From the NCBI GenBank assembly GCA_963751455.1, contig CAVVUN010000012.1, forward strand, positions 352,001 to 416,000: a stretch of 64,000 bases of DNA, written 5' to 3'. The notes beneath the pieces are model-generated. The model searched no databases, was not told where the DNA came from, and worked only from the letters and a program-made list of their open reading frames with translations. Made by a program: the position numbers and the translations under genes. This DNA comes from Nitrospirota bacterium (GTDB lineage: Bacteria > Nitrospirota > UBA9217). The stretch's first letter is position 1. Each line of letters starts with the position of its first letter. Shown here piece after piece: positions 55,223 to 62,350 of this stretch.

Positions 55223-56376
55223 ATGAAAACAGAACTTACAGAAAGGCTTTCAGCCGAACGCCGGTCAACCGGACCGGAAGAATATACGAAGGCCATGCTC
55301 AACATCCTCGAGGACTTCTCGGTCGAAAAAACGCGGATGGAAGAGACGCAGCGGGCCATTTTCAATATCCTGAACGATTTCACCGAGGAAAAGGAGCGGC
55401 TGGAGGAAACGCACCGGGCTGTGCTTAATATCCTTGACGACTTCGCAGATGAAAAGACCCGGCTCGAGGATGCGCAGCGGGCCGTGCTGAATATTCTGCA
55501 GGATTCCTCGGAGGAAAAGTCCCGGCTCGAAGAGGTCCGGAAAGCCATGCTGAACCTTCTGGAGGATTTTGACGTGGAACGGACCCGCACCGAAGCGGCA
55601 AACACGGAACTCCGGGACGCGCTGGCTTCGGCGCGAAGCGCAAAAGAAGCCGCCGACGCCGCCAATACGCGAACTGCAGGCATTCAGCTATTCCATTTCT
55701 CATGATCTCCGCGCCCCGTTGCGGGCCATGGACGGCTTCAGCCAGGCGCTGCTCGAGGATTATTACGATGTCCTGGATGAAGGCGGGAAGGATTATTTGC
55801 GCAGGGTGCGGACCGCGAGTCAGAGAATGGCGCAGCTCATAGATGCCCTGCTGAAACTCTCGCGCCTGACCAGGGGTGAATTGAATATTGTACCGGTCGA
55901 TCTTTCGACCATGGCCCGCGGCATACTATCCGAGCTGCAGAGGTCTTATCCGGACAGGCAGGTTGCTTTCCGGGTGGCCGAAGGCATTACTGCAAAAGCG
56001 GACGCAAATCTCATCAAGGTCGTCCTTGAAAATCTGCTCGGGAACGCCTGGAAGTTCACGGCCAAAATAAAGGACGCTGTTGATCGAATTCGGGACCGTG
56101 GAACTGGAGGGCGCCACAGTCCTGTTCATCCGGGACAACGGGGTCGGGTTCGATATGAAATATGCGGACAAGCTCTTCGGCACGTTTCAGCGCCTTCACT
56201 CGGAAAGCGAGTTTCCCGGCACGGGAATCGGGCTGTCGATTATTCATCGCATCATTACCCGGCACGGAGGGAGTGTGTGCGCGCATGCAATCCCCGGCAA
56301 GGGCGCGACATTCTTTTTCAGCATGGAGAGCCCGGTGCTGAAGGAAGGCTGCGTGAAGGTGCGAACAGCGGCGTGA
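55223..56376 (+). CDS. Histidine kinase (Cph1-type) with N-terminal 5 x 21-aa coiled-coil repeats; two frameshifts
   Basis: AMLNILEDF repeats, then [41 protein letters not shown] in successive frames. Confidence 0.85.
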
Positions 56377-56388
56377 AATAGAAAACGC

Positions 56389-56497
56389 AGAGAGCGTGGC
56401 GCATAGAGCATAGCGTAAAGATTTGCCATGCTCCACTTGCACCCAGCCGCCAACGAGTGCGGAGCGCGAGTGCAGTGTGTGCCCTATGCGCTATGCG
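56389..56497. repeat. Heptamer hairpin with nested CTTGCACCCA element (56435-56480)
   Basis: gagcgtggcgcatagagcatagcg...ccatgctcc[element]gccctatgcgctatgcg. Confidence 0.65.
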
Positions 56498-56508
56498 AGG
56501 TTTTAATC

Positions 56509-56952
56509 ATGATACCTGAAAAAATAATTCTGCTTGTAGAAGACAATCCTGACGACATAGAGCTTACTCTCCGGGCGTTTCGGAAGACAAATATGGGAAA
56601 CCGGATCGTAGTGGCGAAGGACGGGGTCGAAGCGCTTGATTACCTGTTCAGAAGGGGGCAGTGGGAAGGCAGAGGGACCGAGACGGACCCTATACTAACG
56701 CTGCTCGATCTGAAGCTTCCCAGAATAGACGGGCTGGAGGTGCTGCGCCAGGTGCGTTCAGACCCGCGAACAAAGCTTCTGCCCGTCATCGTCATGACGT
56801 CCTCGGTAGAGGAACTGGACGTTATTCACAGCTATGATCTCGGCGCAAACAGCTATATTCACAAGCCGGTCAATATGCAGCAGTTCGTCGAAGCGATCAG
56901 GGAGCTCGGCCTGTACTGGCTGGTCCTGAACGTCCCGCCGATGGCGGCGTGA
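56509..56952 (+). CDS. Single-domain response regulator (Rcp1-like)
   Basis: Start [16 protein letters not shown] after RBS gagg; LLDLKLP; GANSYIHKP; YWLVLN. Confidence 0.9.
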   Translation: MIPEKIILLVEDNPDDIELTLRAFRKTNMGNRIVVAKDGVEALDYLFRRGQWEGRGTETDPILTLLDLKLPRIDGLEVLRQVRSDPRTKLLPVIVMTSSVEELDVIHSYDLGANSYIHKPVNMQQFVEAIRELGLYWLVLNVPPMAA

Positions 56953-57101
56953 TAGATACAGTGCGGAGTGCGGGACAAAATCACTATGCATTTGCGTCCC
57001 TCGTCCATCGTTTCTCATCCTCGTCCTTATCCTTTATTCGTTGCGTCCCTCGCCCATCGTCCTCTCGTGCCTCTCCTTCCCTTTACGCTATGCGCCATGC
57101 C

Positions 57102-59174
57102 CTATGCGCTATGCGCCATCATTTCCCTGAACCGGTCGGCCGGCACCGGCTTGCTGAACAGAAATCCCTGGGCCTCGTCGCAGTTCAGCCCGCGCAGAAA
57201 CGTCAGCTGCCCGTCCTGCTCCACTCCCTCGGCAACCACTTTCAGCTTCATGGAATGGGCCATAAGCAGGACCGCGGTGATGATGGCGCGATCGTCTGAA
57301 TCGGTTGCAATGTCCTGGATAAACGACTTATCGATCTTCAGTTTCCCGATCGGCAGCCGCTTCAAATAATTCAAAGAAGAGTAGCCTGTGCCGAAATCGT
57401 CGATCGAGACGCGGACTCCCATTTCCGCCAGCTCATTGAGACGCGCAATCGTGTTTTCGATGTTTTCCATGGCAACGCTCTCGGTTATCTCGATTTCGAG
57501 GCATCCCGGCGCAATTCCTGTTTCCTCGAGGACTCGCGCGATCCTTGTTATCAGGTCCCGGTCCTGAAATCTCCTGGCGGAAAGGTTTACCGTAATACAG
57601 ACGTGCGGCATGCCCTGCTCGATCCACGACTTGATCTGGATGCCTACGTTCTGCAGGACCCACTCATCGATGTCCGGCATGAAGCCGATGTCTTCAGCTG
57701 AACCGAAAAACTGTCGCGGCAGCAGAAGACCCCTCTGGGGATGCTGCCAGCGCAGGAGCGCTTCCGCGGAAACCAGCTTTCCTGTTTTGACGTCCACGAG
57801 AGGCTGGAAGTAGAGCCGGAATTCATTATTATCGATCGCCTGCCGCAGACTATTTTCGAATTGTATGCGCTCGATAGACCGGGTATTGATGACCGGGTTA
57901 TAGAATTGATAATTGTTGCGGCCCCTGTCCTTGGCATGGTACATGGCGATGTCCGCATACCGGAGCAGCGTGTCCGCTTCTTTGCCGTCATGCGGATAGA
58001 TGCTGATTCCGATGCTGCCGGACACGTTCAGCTCGTGGCCGTTGATCAGGAACGGTTTCCGGATTTCGGACATTATCTTCTGCGCAACTTCGGCGGCATA
58101 TTCGGCGCGTGTTATGTCCGGGATAATCAGGTTGAACTCGTCTCCCCCGATCCGGGCCACCGTATCCGAAACCCTGATAACGGACTTCAGTCGTGCCGCT
58201 GTCTCGTTCAGCAGCTCATCCCCGGCTTCATGTCCCAAGGTGTCGTTGATCTCCTTGAACCGGTCGAGATCCAGAAAAAATACTGCCAGTCTTCTCCCGT
58301 GCCGGCGCGCCTGGGCGAGCTCGACGCTGATGATTTCCCTGAAAAGACGCCTGTTCGGCAAGCCGGTAAGTTCATCATGCTGGGCCAGGTGTTTGACCTC
58401 TTCTTCCAGGCGTTTCCGTTCGGTAATGTCATGAAAGAAGGTTGCGACATACCCCCTCTCGGGACAATAGGCATATACTTCAAACCATCTGCCCGACAGT
58501 CTGCTGTACTGTTCGAAATGACGCGGCTCGCAGCTCTCGGAAAGAAGCCCGCAAACATCGGCCCAGGACGGCTCCATGTCGGAGCTCACTTCCCCCGCCG
58601 TCTTTCCCCTCGCGTTTTGGATGGAAATGCCGGTCAGCCGTTCCCAGGCGGTGTTTACATCGAGGTAACGAAGATCGTACGCGTTTCCCCCGGAATCGAG
58701 GACCATCTCACAGCGGGCAAACGCTTCGGTCATTGAATCGAACAGACCGCGGTATTTCTCCTCGTTCTCCCGTAAAGCTTCGGTCGCGCGTTTCCGTTCG
58801 ATGGCATACCGGATTGAGCGGACAAGACTGTCCCTGTCCATCCGTCCTTTCGTGAGATAATCCTGCACCTCCATCTGCAGCGCCTTTACAGCCAGCTCCT
58901 CGTCATTCATGCCGGTAAGAACGATGATCGGCACACCGGGAAATTGCGAGTGCACATTCTGAACCGTTTCTATCCCCTGGCTGTCCGGGAGTCCGAGGTC
59001 CAGGAGCACGATATCGAAGCGCTGCTGCCGCAGGAAGGCAAGCCCGTCCGACAGCCGCTTCGCATGAAAAAATGAGAACCGCTGCTCTGGAACCTCGCCC
59101 AGCATTTCGCTGATCAGCACCGCATCTTCGATGCTGTCTTCAATCGCAAGTACGTTAATATTTGCAGTGTTCAT
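57102..59174 (-). CDS. REC-PAS-GGDEF-EAL (paralogue 10)
   Basis: LLDLGLPDS; RVSD...GGDEF; AEALLRW; DDFGTG. Confidence 0.93.
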   Translation of the reverse strand: MNTANINVLAIEDSIEDAVLISEMLGEVPEQRFSFFHAKRLSDGLAFLRQQRFDIVLLDLGLPDSQGIETVQNVHSQFPGVPIIVLTGMNDEELAVKALQMEVQDYLTKGRMDRDSLVRSIRYAIERKRATEALRENEEKYRGLFDSMTEAFARCEMVLDSGGNAYDLRYLDVNTAWERLTGISIQNARGKTAGEVSSDMEPSWADVCGLLSESCEPRHFEQYSRLSGRWFEVYAYCPERGYVATFFHDITERKRLEEEVKHLAQHDELTGLPNRRLFREIISVELAQARRHGRRLAVFFLDLDRFKEINDTLGHEAGDELLNETAARLKSVIRVSDTVARIGGDEFNLIIPDITRAEYAAEVAQKIMSEIRKPFLINGHELNVSGSIGISIYPHDGKEADTLLRYADIAMYHAKDRGRNNYQFYNPVINTRSIERIQFENSLRQAIDNNEFRLYFQPLVDVKTGKLVSAEALLRWQHPQRGLLLPRQFFGSAEDIGFMPDIDEWVLQNVGIQIKSWIEQGMPHVCITVNLSARRFQDRDLITRIARVLEETGIAPGCLEIEITESVAMENIENTIARLNELAEMGVRVSIDDFGTGYSSLNYLKRLPIGKLKIDKSFIQDIATDSDDRAIITAVLLMAHSMKLKVVAEGVEQDGQLTFLRGLNCDEAQGFLFSKPVPADRFREMMAHSA

Positions 59175-59188
59175 CTTCTTTTAGTTCC

Positions 59189-59420
59189 CTGCACACCCTG
59201 CACTCGTTCATGGCCGCGTTTTCGCAAGAGCAGGCTACGCTGCGCACAATACTTCGACTCATTGTCGTACCATCTCGCTGAGAATCGCGAGACGGGAATC
59301 GAGGGCCTCGTTGGCGCTGGGTGCAGGTAGCGCATGGAGCATGGCGTTAAAACCGTTTACCGCGTTTACCGCTTGTGCGTCTTTACTCTTTCGCTCTGCG
59401 CTATGCGCCATGCGCTATGC
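59189..59420. repeat. CCTGCACCCA element (59193-59328, - orientation) with internal insertions, adjoining a heptamer hairpin
   Basis: acaccctgcactcg...ctcgttggcgctgggtgcaggt followed by agcgcatggagcatggcg...cgctatgcgccatgcgctatgc. Confidence 0.65.
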
Positions 59421-59424
59421 GTTT

Positions 59425-61512
59425 CTATTTGCGCAGCAATTCCCCTATTTCATCAGCGCCGACCGGCTCGCTGAAAAGAAAACCCTGCATTTCATCGCAC
59501 TGATTGGACCGCAGGAAAGAGAGCTGCTCGCGCGTTTCCACTCCCTCGGCGATCACGATCAATTTCATCTGATGGCCCAGGGCGATTACCGCGTTGACGA
59601 TGGCCTGATCGTCGGGGTCCCCGGGAACTCCCCGTATGAAGGACTGGTCTATCTTCAGTTTTTTTACGGGAAACCGCTTGAGGTAGCTGAGCGAGGAGTA
59701 TCCTGTTCCGAAATCATCGATCGCGATATTGACTCCCATCTCGTGCAAGCCTTTCAGCTTCGGAACAGCCAGGTCGATATCGCGCATCGCGGTGCTTTCC
59801 GTGATCTCGATCTCGAAATAGCCGGGATCCAGACGGGATTTCCGCAATATACCAGATACCAGGTCCAGCAAAGCCGGATCATGAAATTTTTCCGAAGAGA
59901 GATTCACGCTCATGCATAGTTTCGACAGAGCGCCGTCATGCCACTCTTTAAGCTGGAAAGAGGCGGTTTTCATGACCCATTCGTCTATCATGGTGATAAA
60001 TCCCATTTCTTCCGCTATCGGTACAAACTGGGAAGGATTCAAGAGACCCAGCCTCGGGTGCTTCCATCGCACGAGCGCTTCGAAGCCGATGATCTTCCCC
60101 GTCCGGATGCTTACCTGCGGCTGATAGTGGAGACTGAGTTCGTTGCGCTCGATGGATTGCCGCAAGTCGCTCTCCAGCAGCAGCCTCTCGACAGTCCGTA
60201 TGTTGATCTCCGGGTTGAAGAACTGATAATTGTTCCTTCCGTGCTTCTTGGCTGCGGAAACGGCGATGTCCGCGTATTTGAGCAGGACATCCGGATTTTC
60301 ACCGTCCTCGGGAGACATGCTTATGCCGATGCTCGCCGTCGCGTACAGTGTGTGACCGTTCGTGTTCAGTGGTTCGCGCATCGCCGCGATGAGCGTGCGC
60401 GCAAACACGGCCGCATCCTCCGGCCGGTCGAGGTCGGCAAGCAGGATCATGAATTCATCCCCTCCGGTGCGCGCCAGTGTATCGCTTTCACGGACAAGGT
60501 CCTTGAGCTTCCCGGCAACCTGCCGGATGACCATGTCGCCCATTGCGTGGCCGAGCGATTCGTTGATTGCCCTGAAGCGGTCAAGGTCGAGGTGCAGGAC
60601 AGCAACTTGTTTTTGATTGCGTTTCGCCTGGGCCAGCTCGAGGCCGATCTTGAGCATGAGCTGCGCCCTGTTCGGCAGACCGGTAAGCATATCATGGTAT
60701 GCCTGGTACTTGATGGTCTCCTCAGCCTTCTTCAGTTCGGTGACGTCCTCTGCGAGAGCGAGCCGCGCAGCCCTGCCTTTGAACAGGACATCGTTCGTCG
60801 TAATATTGACGTCGATTACGCTCCCGTCCTTTCTTCTGTGTTTCCAGATGCCGGAGTACCTCAACGGAGCTGACGTCTCCTTCCCGGCAATCAGGAGACG
60901 GGGCAGCTCCTCGGGCTGATGAATATCTTTCAAACTCATGCCGAGGAACTCTTCCCTCGAATACCCGTAATGCTGAATGGCCGCGTTGTTGACCGCCAGA
61001 AATGAAAGGGATTCCCTGCAATAGACCCACATCGGCAAGGGGTTGGATTCGAACAGAACGCGGTACTGCTCCTCGGAACTCCGCAGCTCTTCGAGTATTC
61101 GTTTCCTTTCCATGGTGTAACGGATGGTTCGGACGAGCAGCGTCCGGTCGATCTGGGCTTTAATAAGGTATTCATCCGCACCGGAATGGATCGCCTTCAC
61201 TGCAAACTCCTCGTCGCTAAGGCCTGTCAGGATTATTATGGGCACATGGGCATTCTGTTTTCTTGCTCTCAGCAGAGTCTGCATTCCCTGGCTGTCGGGA
61301 AGCCCGAGATCGAGCAGGACCGCGTCGAAGCGTTTTCCGTCCAGATATGAGAGTCCCTCCGAAAGCCGACCGGCGTGCATAATGGAAATCACCGGGTTCC
61401 GCTCTTCCGACAGCAACTCCGAAAGATATTCAGCGTCCGGAAGATTGTCCTCAATCAGAAGAATCTCAAGCGTATTGTTCTTCACAGATGACTCCAACAC
61501 GGCAGAGCGCAT
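59425..61512 (-). CDS. REC-PAS-GGDEF-EAL (paralogue 11)
   Basis: LLDLGLPDS; RESD-TLART-GGDEF; FEALVRW; DDFGTG; exact start uncertain. Confidence 0.9.
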   Translation of the reverse strand: MRSAVLESSVKNNTLEILLIEDNLPDAEYLSELLSEERNPVISIMHAGRLSEGLSYLDGKRFDAVLLDLGLPDSQGMQTLLRARKQNAHVPIIILTGLSDEEFAVKAIHSGADEYLIKAQIDRTLLVRTIRYTMERKRILEELRSSEEQYRVLFESNPLPMWVYCRESLSFLAVNNAAIQHYGYSREEFLGMSLKDIHQPEELPRLLIAGKETSAPLRYSGIWKHRRKDGSVIDVNITTNDVLFKGRAARLALAEDVTELKKAEETIKYQAYHDMLTGLPNRAQLMLKIGLELAQAKRNQKQVAVLHLDLDRFRAINESLGHAMGDMVIRQVAGKLKDLVRESDTLARTGGDEFMILLADLDRPEDAAVFARTLIAAMREPLNTNGHTLYATASIGISMSPEDGENPDVLLKYADIAVSAAKKHGRNNYQFFNPEINIRTVERLLLESDLRQSIERNELSLHYQPQVSIRTGKIIGFEALVRWKHPRLGLLNPSQFVPIAEEMGFITMIDEWVMKTASFQLKEWHDGALSKLCMSVNLSSEKFHDPALLDLVSGILRKSRLDPGYFEIEITESTAMRDIDLAVPKLKGLHEMGVNIAIDDFGTGYSSLSYLKRFPVKKLKIDQSFIRGVPGDPDDQAIVNAVIALGHQMKLIVIAEGVETREQLSFLRSNQCDEMQGFLFSEPVGADEIGELLRK

Positions 61513-61589
61513 GGAGCATGGCGCATAGCGTTTAAAACCGTTTGCCGCTTTGCGCTTTATGCTTTACGCTATGCGCTATGCGCTTTGCT

Positions 61590-62057
61590 CTATGCGCCCC
61601 GCGCCTTCTCCTTCGGCGGCAGCTTCACGATGTTGAACCAGAATTCCTCTATGTTCTTTACAACCTGAAAGAACTGGCTCAGCCGGACCGGCTTGGTCAC
61701 ATAGCAGTTCGCGGGAAGATTGTAACTCTTCACAATATCTTCCTCGGATTTCGAGGTCGTGATCACGACAACCGGTATGCGCTTCAGTTCGGGATCGTTT
61801 TTGATCTCTGCCAGAACTTCCCGGCCGTCCTTCTTTGGAAGATTGAGGTCCAGCATTATCAGGTCCGGGCGGGGAGCGTCACGATGCTTGCCTCTTCGGT
61901 AGAGAAAATCCAAAGCTTCGTCCCCGTTGCCCGCCACGTACAGCTTGTTCAGCATTTTTTCTTCCTGGAGCGCCTCCTCCATGAGCAGCACGTCCGCCGG
62001 GTTGTCCTCAACAAGCAGGATCTCGATCGACTGCTCGGTTGTCGTATTTTGTATCAT
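61590..62057 (-). CDS. Single-domain response regulator (Rcp1-like)
   Basis: Start MIQNTT after RBS ggaggagg; LLVEDNPAD; MLDLNLP; ANCYVTKP. Confidence 0.9.
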   Translation of the reverse strand: MIQNTTTEQSIEILLVEDNPADVLLMEEALQEEKMLNKLYVAGNGDEALDFLYRRGKHRDAPRPDLIMLDLNLPKKDGREVLAEIKNDPELKRIPVVVITTSKSEEDIVKSYNLPANCYVTKPVRLSQFFQVVKNIEEFWFNIVKLPPKEKARGA

Positions 62058-62074
62058 GCCTCCTCCTCTGACGT

Positions 62075-62187
62075 CGCATAGCGCATGGGGCATGGCGCAT
62101 AGTTCATTTCGAGAATACCTCCTAACCTCCCTTTTCCAAAGGGAGGCATTTCCCATCTTTCGCAAAGAGGGGTTAGGGGAGATTTTA
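62075..62187. repeat. Heptamer arm plus CCTCCC...GGGAGG double-hairpin REP
   Basis: gcatagcgcatggggcatggcgcatag; cctaacctcccttttccaaagggagg...aaagaggggttaggggag. Confidence 0.55.
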
Positions 62188-62350
62188 TAAAAACATGTTC
62201 AGATTATTTGAGACCATTAAATAAGTCGTTCAGTTGTAACGACTACTCAACCACTGACTATTTACCACTCAACGCGTAAATAATATTTACCCTTTGCGTA
62301 TGCTCCACGGCGGGAGGTGGACTGCTAAGGGCGGGATGCGCTATACGTCC

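Noticed and set aside
52484-55597. CRISPR-like or non-coding repeat array
   Set aside because: Units are 351 bp and 63 bp, in-frame and protein-coding, with no repeat-spacer structure and no cas genes.
12372-61512. Hypr-type GGDEF making 3',3'-cGAMP
   Set aside because: The readable paralogues keep Asp in GHxxGD rather than the Ser/Thr of Hypr enzymes.
23366-62100. Integron cassette array with attC sites
   Set aside because: The intergenic hairpins lack consistent RYYYAAC/GTTRRRY boundaries and no integron integrase is present.
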